Part shown: positions 55,005 to 64,000 of the stretch, in pieces
Layout: each line of letters begins with the position of its first letter
How positions within the stretch are numbered: the first letter of the stretch is position 1
Assembly: GCA_964618725.1 (NCBI GenBank)
Contig: CAZUBK010000001.1
Coordinates: forward strand, 260,908-324,907
Reading direction: 5' to 3'
From: an uncultured Pseudomonadales bacterium
GTDB lineage: Bacteria > Patescibacteriota > Microgenomatia > UBA1400 > Chazhemtobacteraceae
DNA: 64,000 bases
Made by a program: the position numbers and the translations under genes
The notes under the pieces: generated by a model
The model's database searches: none
Told to the model about the DNA's origin: nothing
Seen by the model: the letters and a program-made list of their open reading frames with translations, nothing else

Positions 55005-55751
55005 CATAATTACTTATGGGGCAAGACTATACCTTCACCATGTCTCTAACTGTCACCAGTTAAGACTTCAGGTGCGAACCGTGTGATAGTAGGGCCGTAG
55101 CCTTATGAAATATTGAGTCTACTATCTCATCCTTGGCGCCAAACGCCAGGAATCAGTCGTTACGGGAAATGGTGTCTTCGATCTTCGCTGCATAGTTCTT
55201 TCTTCGATTTTTGGATCGAACATTGAACCCAGCTAAAGAATCAGCCAGATGAGCGATTTTTAACAAATCATTTTTGCTTGTAATCGGAAAGGAGAGAATT
55301 TCTTTTGCTAAAGCAATTTGTTCTCCTTTCCCAACACTGTAGTTATCGATGATGTTAAGAACTTCCAGAGCTTCTGTCTGGGTTTTTAAAATCCAGTCAA
55401 AAGTATTTCTATTCTTAACCACTTTTCCTCTATTAAGTTTTCCTCTCACCCATTCAAGAACACGGGGATTAGATTGAGTAATTTTGAGAATTACCCGGAT
55501 TCTAAATCCGTATTTCTTTTCTGAATGAGACTCAATAGAAGCCATGATAGCTCCATCAGCATCAATTAGACCTGCTATATACGCTTTATTTGGTTCAGAC
55601 AACATTTTTCCCACGGTACCAACCATTAACTCATTTTTATCTGGGACCTGCAATTAGCAAGTTCCTGAAACATTATTAATGGCCTCCACCGTTTTGGGTT
55701 CGATTATTACCTCACACTTTCGTGCGAGGAGAGAAGTTAAATGTTTTCTCC
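55005..55751 (-). mobile_element. Group I intron (~747 nt) in 23S domain V carrying a LAGLIDADG homing endonuclease ORF
   Basis: The exon sequence GGGGCU | GAAGAGGUCCC (E. coli GGGGCUGAAGUAGGUCCC) is interrupted. The inferred intron starts after an exon U and ends ...AUUAUG (terminal G). It shares a core (cagtcgttacggg) with the other two insertions. Confidence 0.65.
55153..55653 (-). CDS. LAGLIDADG homing endonuclease (single-motif type), intron-encoded
   Basis: ...KAYIAGLIDADGAIMASIES... carries the canonical LAGLIDADG motif. 166 aa in the longest form; the real start may be the internal Met (MLSEPNK). Confidence 0.8.
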   Translation of the reverse strand: MQVPDKNELMVGTVGKMLSEPNKAYIAGLIDADGAIMASIESHSEKKYGFRIRVILKITQSNPRVLEWVRGKLNRGKVVKNRNTFDWILKTQTEALEVLNIIDNYSVGKGEQIALAKEILSFPITSKNDLLKIAHLADSLAGFNVRSKNRRKNYAAKIEDTISRND

Positions 55752-55775
55752 AGCCCCAGGATACCCTGAGCCGAC

Positions 55776-56010
55776 CAATTATTCCTTCTATTACTAGAGG
55801 TATGGACTATATCTTCTACTTAAATTTATAAGTAGTTTGGCGTGTTATACGTTCATAAAAAGAACATATCTCATCCTTGCGGAATCAGTCTCTACGGGGT
55901 CAATCCTTCGTTGAAAACTCAGGACGACTTCCCACGGTATTAACCTAAAATGTTCATGTTTAGGCCTCCACCGTTATAGCCAAATTTAGCCTCGACGTTC
56001 GTTGTGGTTA
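55776..56010 (-). mobile_element. ORF-less group I intron (~235 nt) in the 23S peptidyl-transferase loop (after the U of ...CUCGAU|GUCGG, E. coli ~U2504)
   Basis: Exons CUCGAU (56011-56016) and GUCGGCUC... (55771-55775 onward) flank a 235-nt insert ending in G. The core block acggggtcaatcctt also occurs in the 16S insert. Confidence 0.6.
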
Positions 56011-56057
56011 ATCGAGGTGCCGAACCGCACCGTCGCTAGGGACGCTTAGGTGCGACG

Positions 56058-56088
<31 letters not shown>

Positions 56089-56424
56089 ATAAGCCCGGTG
56101 CCTCCCACGAGGCACACGAGGATCACTTGGACCTACTTTCGTATCTGCTCGACTTGTATGTCTCACAGTTAAGCATCCTTATACCCATGCGCTTACAATT
56201 CCGTTTCCATCGGAATTAAGGATACCTTTGTGCGCTTGCGTTACCCTTTAGCAAGCAACCTCCCCAGTTAAACTGCCTACCAGACAGTGTCCCTACTTAC
56301 GTTTGCAGTAAGTTTAGGTGAGGATTGTATATTTCAAAAAGAGGTGTTCCATTGGCGAACCATACAAAGTAAGGTTCTCCCTCCTACGCTCGATAGTTAA
56401 AAAACACAATCCAGTGCCAAGTTG

Positions 56425-56459
<35 letters not shown>

Positions 56460-58022
56460 TAGTAGGCCGCATCTTCACAGCCATTTCAATTTCGCCGAGT
56501 CCCCTCTCAAGACAGTTGCAAAGTGGTTAAACCTTTCGTGCGCGTCAGAACTTACCTGACAAGGAATTTCGCTACCATAGAACAGTTATAGTTACTGCTG
56601 CCGTTCACTGGGGCTTCACTTGCAGCCTAGCATCTTAAAGATGATCAGCCACGCATTTAACCTTCCAGCACTGGGCAGGTTTCAGCCTGTATACTTAAGC
56701 TTTCGCTTTTGCACAGACCTGTGTTTTTGTTAAACAGTCCCTCTGCATTCTTTTGTTGTAGCCCCGCTTGCGCGGGACAGGGCATCTCCCAAAGTTACGC
56801 CCAGCTAATTTGCCGAGTTCCTTAAGAGAGGTTCTCTCGATCGCCTTGGTCTACTCGACCTGTCCACCTGTGTCGGTTTGCGGTACGGATTGCTTGTACT
56901 CTCACTGCGACGCTTTTCCCGGAAACTGAAGTCACCCAACTCGCCTTCCTTGCGGAAGACTCGTATTCACAGCTTGAATAAACGCTCTGACGGATTTGCC
57001 AATCAAAACTGTCTCACTGATTAAACGAATATAACTTCAACATACCGCTTGGGCTATCCAATTTCGTCCCGCCCCAGCTGATAACGATTACAAACAAGAA
57101 CTGGAATATAAACCAGTAATCCATCGGGTACGCTAAACGCCTCCCCTTAGGGCCGCCTAACCCAACGTCGACGAACGTTGCGTTGGAAACCTTGGACATT
57201 CGGCGTTAATGATTCTCACATTAATTTCGCTACTCATACCGGCATTCTCACTTCTTGCCGCTCCACCATTCCTTACAGAACAGCTTCAATGCAACAAGAA
57301 CGCTCCCCTACCATACACTTATATAAATATAAAAATATCCACAAATTCGGTAACATACTTGAGCCTCGATCATCTTCGGCGCCACATTCCTCGGCTAGTG
57401 AGCTGTTACGCTTTCTTTCAAGGATGGCTGCTTCTAAGCCGACCTCCTAGGTGTCCTAGCAATGTGACTTCCTTATCCACTTAGTATGTATTTAGAGACC
57501 TTATTTGGTGATCTGGGATGTTTCCCTCTCGCCCCCGGAGCTTAGCCCCCGGGTACTGATTCCCGTAGAACACTACATTGGTATTCGGAGTTTGATTGAA
57601 TTTGAACGCTTGCGCACCCAAATCCATTCAGTGCTCTACCCCCAACAAGCTTTTATACGAGACCACGCCGAGACGTGTTTCGGGGAGAACCAGCTATCTC
57701 CAGGTTCGTTTGGCATATTACCTCTAACCACAAGTCATCCGAGCAATTTGTGACTTACACCGGTGCGGGCCTCCACTAGGTTTTACCCTAGCTTCACCCT
57801 GCTCATGGTTAGCTCACCTGGTTTCGGGTCTGCCCCATACAACTTAACGCCCTGTTAGGACTTGGTTTCCCTACGGCTTCGCCATGTAATGGCTTAACCT
57901 TGCTGCATGGAACAACTCGCCGGTTCATTCTTCAATAGGCACGCGATCATCCCGATTACTCGGGACTCTCGCTGTTTGTTAGCAATTGGTTTCAGGATCT
58001 TTTCAAAGGGTGTCTCACCCGT

Positions 58023-58063
<41 letters not shown>

Positions 58064-58745
58064 ACAAGAGTATTTAGCCTTGGACCGTGGTCGGCCCAGC
58101 TTCTCTCTAGAGTTTGCCGTCTCTAGAGGTACTCAGGGAATCCTCTGCCGATCTTAGATTTTCGCTTACGGGACTGTCACCCTCTATGGTTTCCCATTCC
58201 AGGGAATTCTTCTAATCCTTGATCTAGCGTATGAGGCCCTACAACCCCGAACCCGAAGGTTCGGTTTGGGCTGTTTCCTTTTCGCTCGTCGCTACTAGGG
58301 AAATCTCTGCGATTTCTTTTCCTCTCCCTACTTAGATATTTCAGTTCAGGAGCTTACCTGCCATTGCTGGCACATCCCGATTGCTCGGGACGGGGTTACC
58401 CCATTCGGACACCACCGGATCGATGCTTGTTTGCCAGCTCCCCGGTGATTTCGTCGACTACAAACGTCCTTCGTCGGCTCTTGTTGCCAAGGCATCCGCC
58501 AATTGCTTGAGTTGAATAAACAAAATTAATTTTATTAACGCTATTTTGATACATGATCACTCATGTATCGATGCGACCTTTGTCTTCATAGTATTACTAC
58601 TTCTTGTCGCTAATTAAATCGCAGGACGCGTTTTAGTTCCGATACAAGATTCTGAAGACAAACGTTTCTATTCACTTTTTAAAGAGCCAAGCTCCTAGAG
58701 CTTGTTACTAATCCTTTAAGGGACCAAGACAAGATCTTGAGCGTG

Positions 58746-58818
58746 TGGACCGTGTCGGGCTCGAACCGACCACCTCTTCATTGCAAATGAAGTGCTCTAC
58801 CAGATGAGCTAACGGCCC
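58746..58818 (-). tRNA. tRNA-Ala (anticodon UGC) with the G3:U70 identity pair; CCA not encoded
   Basis: GGGCCGUUAGCUCAUCUGGUAGAGCACUUCAUUUGCAAUGAAGAGGUGGUCGGUUCGAGCCCGACACGGUCCA folds as a cloverleaf. Anticodon loop UUUGCAA. Confidence 0.85.
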
Positions 58819-58971
58819 TTGTGGCCTTGTGCCCATCGGGCGAGAGAGATGTAAAAAATCTCCGTTTCCGGAGATGCCAGTTTAGGAAGTTTTGACCACA
58901 ATAGTCACTTTTTGGTGGGGCAGAACTTGTGTGAGATCAAAGTCATCATAAATTGGTTTTCCGGTACGGAG

Positions 58972-58980
58972 ATTATAACA
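58972..58980 (-). promoter_or_regulatory. Extended -10 promoter element (TGtTATAAT) about 150 nt upstream of tRNA-Ala; candidate promoter for tRNA-Ala / 23S / 5S
   Basis: Minus-strand reading: ...gcaagcTGTTATAATctccg. The -35 is weak (TTCCAA, 16-nt spacer). Confidence 0.4.
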
Positions 58981-59116
58981 GCTTGCTCATATTTTTGGAA
59001 GAACTAGTTCTTTCTCCAAAAATATTGCGCTTCCTGTTATATTCCGTCGTTAGTGGTCCTCATGCTAGTTTCACTAGCACCTGCGGTTCCACTACTTTCC
59101 GGAATATAATCAAGCA

Positions 59117-59752
59117 ATGATAATAGAGAGCTTGAAAGTTGGGGATCTAGACACAAATTGTTATGTTGTGTGGGATGAAGAGAGTGAGGAAGCGGTGATC
59201 GTAGATCCAGGAGCCGATGGGGGATTCATTAGTGAGAAAATTCTGAAGTGGAAGCTCAAGCCTTTATGCATAGTACTGACCCATGGACATTTTGATCATG
59301 TATTGGGCTGTCTTGAGATAAAGCTAAACTTTCAGATACCTATATTGCTACATAAAGAAGATGAAAGGCTATACAAACAAGCAAATAAGAGTGCCAAGCA
59401 CTGGGCGGGGAGAGCAGAAGACCCGGTACCCAAAATAGATCGATACATAAAGGAAGGGGAAGAGATCATATTTGGGAAAGAGAAATTAAGGGTGATAGAA
59501 GTGCCAGGCCATACGCCAGGGAGTGTGTGCCTGTATGATGAGCGGGGACGCAATCTCTTCAGTGGGGATACTTTGTTTAGAAATGGAGTTGGAAGGACTG
59601 ATTTCTCGTATTCTAATGAATTTGACTTAGCTCGGTCACTTCAGAAAATCAAGAGATTACCACTTAATTGTACCGTTTATCCAGGACACGGCGAGATAAC
59701 GACTATAGCTGAAGAAAAACAAATTAGAGATACTGACCAAGAATTTCTCTGA
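59117..59752 (+). CDS. MBL-fold metallo-hydrolase (GloB/hydroxyacylglutathione-hydrolase-like)
   Basis: VLTHGHFDHVLG (HxHxDH), ...PGHTPGSV..., GDTLF. 211 aa. Lies between rRNA-operon tRNAs on the strand opposite to the rRNA genes. Confidence 0.8.
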   Translation: MIIESLKVGDLDTNCYVVWDEESEEAVIVDPGADGGFISEKILKWKLKPLCIVLTHGHFDHVLGCLEIKLNFQIPILLHKEDERLYKQANKSAKHWAGRAEDPVPKIDRYIKEGEEIIFGKEKLRVIEVPGHTPGSVCLYDERGRNLFSGDTLFRNGVGRTDFSYSNEFDLARSLQKIKRLPLNCTVYPGHGEITTIAEEKQIRDTDQEFL

Positions 59753-60755
59753 CCTCTGTCGTTGAATTACATACGACAAGCTTCTGGCGTAAATCGGCGG
59801 CTCCGTCGAAACCTTTGACGTACCAAGCCAGGTGCTTGCGCATAGGAAAGAAGTGAGTCTTAGGGAAGAGTTGCTCGTATTTTCGGGCATGTTCTAGAGC
59901 CACTTTTAGCTTATCTTTAGCTGAGATTGTTTTGTTAGTGAAGACCCAGGGATTGCCAAAGGTAGCTCGACCCAAGAGGACCCCGTCAAGTTCAAATTCT
60001 TTTATTCTTCTCTTAGCATCTTCTAAGGAAGTAATATCACCATTACCAAGAAGTAGGGTCTTTGTTTTTTTGGCCAATTTAGCCGCTTTGTTGATCTCGT
60101 CCCAATTAGCACTCCCTATATACATCTGTTTGAGAGTACGACCGTGAAGCGAGATATTAGCGAGGTCAAACTGTAAGAGATGTGAGATCCAGGCTTCAGT
60201 GACTGGAGTATCGTAACCAATACGAGTTTTAACACTTAAGGGAAGACGGCGACGGCTGAATTCGGCTCTTGTATTCTTGTTGTGAATGTATTCGATGATT
60301 TGGGGGTGGATGCCAGCCTTTTCCAGGGTAATGCCGTCAGCCCAATCAGCTAATCCCTTTTGGCAGGCTTTGATAATTTGGCCGGCAAGTTTGGGATTTA
60401 AAATTAGCCCGGCGCCGGCGCCGTGTTCTTCAACAGATTTGGCCGGACAACCCATATTGATGTCCAGACCATCAAAACCTAAAGCGGCAACGACGATGGC
60501 GGCTTGATAGAAGGCATCGGGATCGGAACCAAAGACTTGGGCGACAATGGGGCGCTCTGATTCATCAAAGGCAAAATCTTTCATAAGGCGGAGTGCCCCC
60601 GCACGGATGCCCTCAGCGGAGGTAAACTCGGTAAACATGACGGCGGGCGAGCCATATTTTTTAGTAATGAAGCGCATGGCGGCATCAGTTACTCCGTCCA
60701 TAGGGGAGAGACCAATGATAGGTTTTTGAAGTTTTTGCCAAAAAGATTCTTGCAT
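59724..60755 (-). CDS. dusB: tRNA-dihydrouridine synthase (Dus family, DusB-like)
   Basis: LSPMDGVTDAAMRFITKKYG...MFTEFTSAEG...DGLDINMGCPAKSV...LHGRT...: the FMN/TIM-barrel Dus motifs with the catalytic Cys in DINMGCPA. Confidence 0.85.
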   Translation of the reverse strand: MQESFWQKLQKPIIGLSPMDGVTDAAMRFITKKYGSPAVMFTEFTSAEGIRAGALRLMKDFAFDESERPIVAQVFGSDPDAFYQAAIVVAALGFDGLDINMGCPAKSVEEHGAGAGLILNPKLAGQIIKACQKGLADWADGITLEKAGIHPQIIEYIHNKNTRAEFSRRRLPLSVKTRIGYDTPVTEAWISHLLQFDLANISLHGRTLKQMYIGSANWDEINKAAKLAKKTKTLLLGNGDITSLEDAKRRIKEFELDGVLLGRATFGNPWVFTNKTISAKDKLKVALEHARKYEQLFPKTHFFPMRKHLAWYVKGFDGAADLRQKLVVCNSTTEVREILGQYL

Positions 60756-60850
60756 CGGTATATTTTATATCAAGACTATAGTGCAAAGCTACTATTGGCG
60801 TAGATGTATGAGGAATAAGTTGAGGGGCACCATTGCTGGTGCCCCTTTTT

Positions 60851-62008
60851 TTAGAGTAGATCGTGAAGTTGCTTAATCAATTGAGAAAAGCTTTCTTCTA
60901 TTTGGATACGGTCGACCTTAGTAGACCAACTGGTAGAGCGCCGTAGGATATAGTCGACTGTAAGTCTAATCTTACCGATTTCTATCCAATCACAGCCCTT
61001 GGGGGTGCATTGACAGACTGACGTGGTGAGTTCAATCTCTGCTTCACCACCGGTGAGGCGGACCTTAAGGTGGACCTGGTCGGAATGGATAAGGTCGAAG
61101 ATACGTCTTGTTTCGCTAACAAGCATGTCGATGAACATGTACAGAATCCTTTGACGGTGAACGACATTTATTGTGCTGTCATTTCTAAGAAAAAGGCAGA
61201 TTTGCTCAAGATCGTTGATCTTTTCCTCATTAAGCGAGAATTCGATTTCGTTATGATCAGCGTCTAGAGCCATCAGATACATCGAGTCGATTTCCCAAGG
61301 ACCAGAGGTGAACTCGAGCTCTATCTCTTCAACACGAGGCGGACTGCCTTCCATGCACTCATCTTTCCTATCTTTTTCTTGAGGCGAGGAGTCCTTAGTT
61401 GGTGGTCTCTTAGAAGTTGCGGCAATGCCGATACCAACAGCGACTACTCCAAGAAAAAGAAGGGCCAGTAGACCTAAAACTAATAGAGGAAGATTGTTCC
61501 TGGGACTTGTCGCCCCGGTTGTTACTGTACTGGCTGGTAGGGGAGTCAGCGTTATTTCAGGAGAAGGAGGCGTGTCTATGGCAGGGATCAATATCTCAAA
61601 CTGTTCTCGATAGACATTGTTACTGCGATCTAGATCAGAGTAACTACCTTCCGGGTCGATCTCAAAACTAAACAAGACAGTCTGACCCAAATACTCAGCG
61701 GGGATTTCAACTTCAAAGGTCAATGTGTGCAAATCGGATGGATACGGTTTCATTGGAGGAAGAGTCTGGGACATTTCTGTCCACCAAGTGCCAAAGAGAA
61801 CTCTGACTGCTGGACTTGTTTGTTTACCAAAATTGGCGATGATGACTTGGATTACCAATACGTCGTGTTCCTCGGCTTCGCTTTTGTATAGGTGAATGGT
61901 GTTGATGTCAGTGATCGCCAGATCAACTGACTTAGTATCATCTTGGGCGGCCACTGGATAGGGGAGAAGAATCAGCAGAAAAAGACAGAACAGAATTAGC
62001 TTTTTCAA
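60851..62008 (-). CDS. Hypothetical envelope protein: signal peptide, CARDB-like extracellular domain, TM, cytoplasmic domain
   Basis: Signal peptide MKKLILFCLFLLILLPYPVAA. ...DLDRSNNVYREQF (CARDB-like). A TM segment (LPLLVLGLLALLFLGVVAVGIGIA), then a ~200-aa cytoplasmic region. Confidence 0.5.
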   Translation of the reverse strand: MKKLILFCLFLLILLPYPVAAQDDTKSVDLAITDINTIHLYKSEAEEHDVLVIQVIIANFGKQTSPAVRVLFGTWWTEMSQTLPPMKPYPSDLHTLTFEVEIPAEYLGQTVLFSFEIDPEGSYSDLDRSNNVYREQFEILIPAIDTPPSPEITLTPLPASTVTTGATSPRNNLPLLVLGLLALLFLGVVAVGIGIAATSKRPPTKDSSPQEKDRKDECMEGSPPRVEEIELEFTSGPWEIDSMYLMALDADHNEIEFSLNEEKINDLEQICLFLRNDSTINVVHRQRILYMFIDMLVSETRRIFDLIHSDQVHLKVRLTGGEAEIELTTSVCQCTPKGCDWIEIGKIRLTVDYILRRSTSWSTKVDRIQIEESFSQLIKQLHDLL

Positions 62009-62100
62009 AATTACCTCCGATTAAAAAGGGCGATGGAGCTATTTTACTATAAGTTTGAGAAAAGAAAAAGAGTGAGACGGGTTGTCTCACTCTAGAATAA

Positions 62101-62307
62101 TTACAATCGACGAAGATTGGCGGGGTCGACGATATAGGTTTCGCCGATATAGAAGTAAAGATAAGAGTTTACAAATACCTCAAGAAACTCAATCTCGACT
62201 AAGCGATCAGTGATTTTTAGAACCTTGATCTTGGCTTGCTCATGTCCATGGAACGGACGAAAGAGAAGGACATCGCCTACTTTGATGTCTTTGGTCGTTA
62301 GAACCAT
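62101..62307 (-). CDS. Small hypothetical protein (68 aa)
   Basis: Intact ORF between the hypothetical envelope protein and tRNA-Ile. Confidence 0.35.
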   Translation of the reverse strand: MVLTTKDIKVGDVLLFRPFHGHEQAKIKVLKITDRLVEIEFLEVFVNSYLYFYIGETYIVDPANLRRL

Positions 62308-62341
62308 TTAAGTCTCCTTAGGTTTGATTTTTCGATACAGT

Positions 62342-62415
62342 GGGCGCTCATGGGGTCGAACCATGTACCTTAGTCTTATCAGGACTACGCTCTGACCAGA
62401 TGAGCTAAGCGCCCT
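62342..62415 (-). tRNA. tRNA-Ile (anticodon GAU)
   Basis: GGGCGCUUAGCUCAUCUGGUCAGAGCGUAGUCCUGAUAAGACUAAGGUACAUGGUUCGACCCCAUGAGCGCCCA. Anticodon loop CUGAUAA. Proper cloverleaf. Confidence 0.85.
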
Positions 62416-62791
62416 TAAATTTTCTTTAGGCTCTATTACACCAGATGAGTAAGAGCTTGCTCACTTTTTCAGAGTAACTTCGTTACTTTTCTGAAACGCT
62501 GTGCTTCCTCTTATATCATGCGCCGATAATGGCTTGCGCACTATCGTCTGGATATAATCGCCCGTAGGCTCATATTTTAACATGAGACAGGTTTTTTTGA
62601 TACCAAAAATCCACCTATCCGGTGGTTTCTTGGTGCATTACTTATTTTCTTTCTCTTCTAAGACGTGACAGGAAACTGCGCCGGCATTTGAAGCTAAGAG
62701 AGCTTCATTTGCCTCCGAAGATTATTTTACGACTGATCTTCAAAGTCGGGCGTATTGTTTACGGTAGTCGTGAACTACCGCACACTCCTTA

Positions 62792-64000
62792 GAAAGGAGG
62801 TGATCCAGCCGCTCCTTCCAGAACGGCTACCTTGTTACAACTTAGCCCCCATCGCCAGTCTAACCTTAGGCGGCCGGCTCCTTGCGGTTACCGGGACCGA
62901 CTTCGGGTCCTACTGACTTTGTTGACTTGATGGGCGGTGTGTACAAGAAATGAGAACGTATTCACCGCGGTATGGCTGACCCGCGATTACTACCAACTCC
63001 CCTTCACGCGGTCGAGTTGCAGACCACGATCCGTACTGAGGAAGGCTTTATTAGGATTAGCTCCGCCTTGCGACTTCGCAACCCGTTGTACCTTCCATTA
63101 CCCCATGTGTGTCGCCCTAGGTGTAAGCGCCATGCTGATTTGACGTCGTCCCCTCCTTCCTCCCTGGTTGAACCAAGGCAGTTTCGCATGAAATACAACA
63201 TGCAATAGGGGTTGCGTTCGTTACTGTACTTAAACAGACGCCTCCTAAATATTTTAGATTTCTCTAAAAATTAGACTATACCTTCATCCCGCGAGCGGGA
63301 GACCGGCGTGTTATATACATTATAAATTTAGACCAAAGTCTAAAATGTATATCTTCGTTTTACGATAAATAAAACTTCAGTCGTTACGGGGTCAATCCTT
63401 TGCAGGATGACTTCCCTCGAGATTGCCCATTTGATTTAAGTAAACCCAAAAGTTTACCGAAAATCAACAGGGGTTCCTCGATATGAGCCGGTTTTTTCAT
63501 CACTGTTACCAGTGAAGGTCGCGATAGCATTCACGACACGAACTGACGACAACCATGCAGCAGCTGTGTATCACCCTCGAAGGCTTCCTCTGTTTCCAGA
63601 GGCTTGCAGATACATGTCAAACCTAGGTAAGGTTCTTCGTTTCGTCTCGAATTAAACCACATGGGACGCTGGTTGTGCATTTCCCCGTCAATTCCTTTGA
63701 GTTTTAACCTTGCGGTCGTACTCCCCAGGCGGAACACTTAACGCGTTAGCTTGCGCCAGCCAGATTACTCCGACTAGCTAGTGTTCAAAGTTTACGGCTA
63801 GGACTACAGGGGTCTCTAATCCCTTTTGCTACCCTAGCTTTCGTTCATCAGCGTCAGTCAAGTCCTAGATGCCTGCCTTCGCCCATGGTGTTCTTCTTAA
63901 TATCAACGGATTTCACCCCTCCACTAAGAATTCCAGCATCCCCGAACTGACTCTAGTCTGATAGTTTGACGAGCAGATCCAAGGTTGAGCCTTGGGCTTT
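62792..64000 (-). rRNA. rrs: 16S ribosomal RNA, 3' portion (partial; the 5' end lies beyond the window), interrupted by a ~287-nt insertion
   Basis: The 3' end ...GGAUCACCUCCUUUCU (complement of aaaggaggtgatcc at ~62793). Conserved blocks GUACACACCGCCCGUCA, CAUGGUUGUCGUCAG and AACGAACGCAACCC in order, collinear with E. coli except for the insert. Confidence 0.85.
63241..63527 (-). mobile_element. ORF-less group-I-like intron / intervening sequence in 16S (near E. coli position ~1080)
   Basis: Exons ...GUGUCGUGAAUG | (insert) | GUCUGUUUAAGUACAGUAACGAACGCAACCC are otherwise contiguous with E. coli 16S (GUGUUGUGAAAUGUUGGGUUAAGUCCCGCAACGAGCGCAACCC). The insert is AT-rich and shares the core tcagtcgttacggggtcaatcctt with the 23S introns. 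Confidence 0.55.

Noticed and set aside
62937-63737. ORFs inside the 16S rRNA gene (62937..63143, 62972..63208, 63004..63201, 63531..63737)
   Set aside because: Within 16S exon or intron sequence; spurious.

Overview
This window is mostly minus-strand, tightly packed protein-coding sequence. Many genes overlap by 4 to 29 nt (ATGA-type junctions), and four long polycistronic blocks run from high to low coordinates. The genome style, gene content and an intron-bearing rRNA locus (bases 54.3-64 kb) suggest a small-genome, CPR/Patescibacteria-like bacterium; that placement is an inference, not a measurement.

Content by region:

- **1-37.6 kb, cell-envelope glycosylation island.** At least 11 polytopic GT-C-type membrane proteins, including PMT/ArnT-like proteins with DE...HPPLGK or DE...KQPLF signatures and a four-member paralog set with a '[DE]Q/E-x-RD ... 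GP..YYY' N-terminus. Three Dpm1/GtrB-like GT2 polyprenyl-phosphate sugar synthases, one carrying a GtrA-like membrane tail. Four further GT2 proteins, one GT4, a PIG-L/LmbE deacetylase, an APH-like kinase, a Wzx-type flippase and secreted paralogous-domain proteins.
- **24.2-26.2 kb.** A microviridin-type (MdnC/MvdD-like) ATP-grasp gene split across frames, lying downstream of two small secreted/peptide ORFs.
- **37.9-43.4 kb.** An operon NrtR-like regulator -> PP2C phosphatase -> zinc-ribbon Ser/Thr-kinase-like -> divergent PncA-type nicotinamidase -> vWA protein. This matches a TerY-P-like vWA/kinase/PP2C triad with an NAD-salvage enzyme inserted and an NrtR gene at its head. Its promoter region contains a perfect 17-bp palindrome.
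- **43.4-54.3 kb, housekeeping and secreted genes.** Fe/Mn SOD, TrmD, a nitroreductase-like protein, a CAP-domain protein, two paralogous secreted repeat proteins, a subtilase, and a mini-gene with a near-consensus promoter and terminator.
- **rRNA locus (minus strand).** 16S (partial, carrying a ~287-nt ORF-less group-I-like insertion), tRNA-Ile(GAU), about 3.5 kb of protein-coding genes (MBL-fold hydrolase, Dus, two hypotheticals), tRNA-Ala(UGC), a 23S of about 3.9 kb, then 5S. The 23S carries two group I introns in the domain V / peptidyl-transferase region; one encodes a LAGLIDADG homing endonuclease.

All calls rest on reading the translated ORFs and the nucleotide sequence by eye. No database searches were run.
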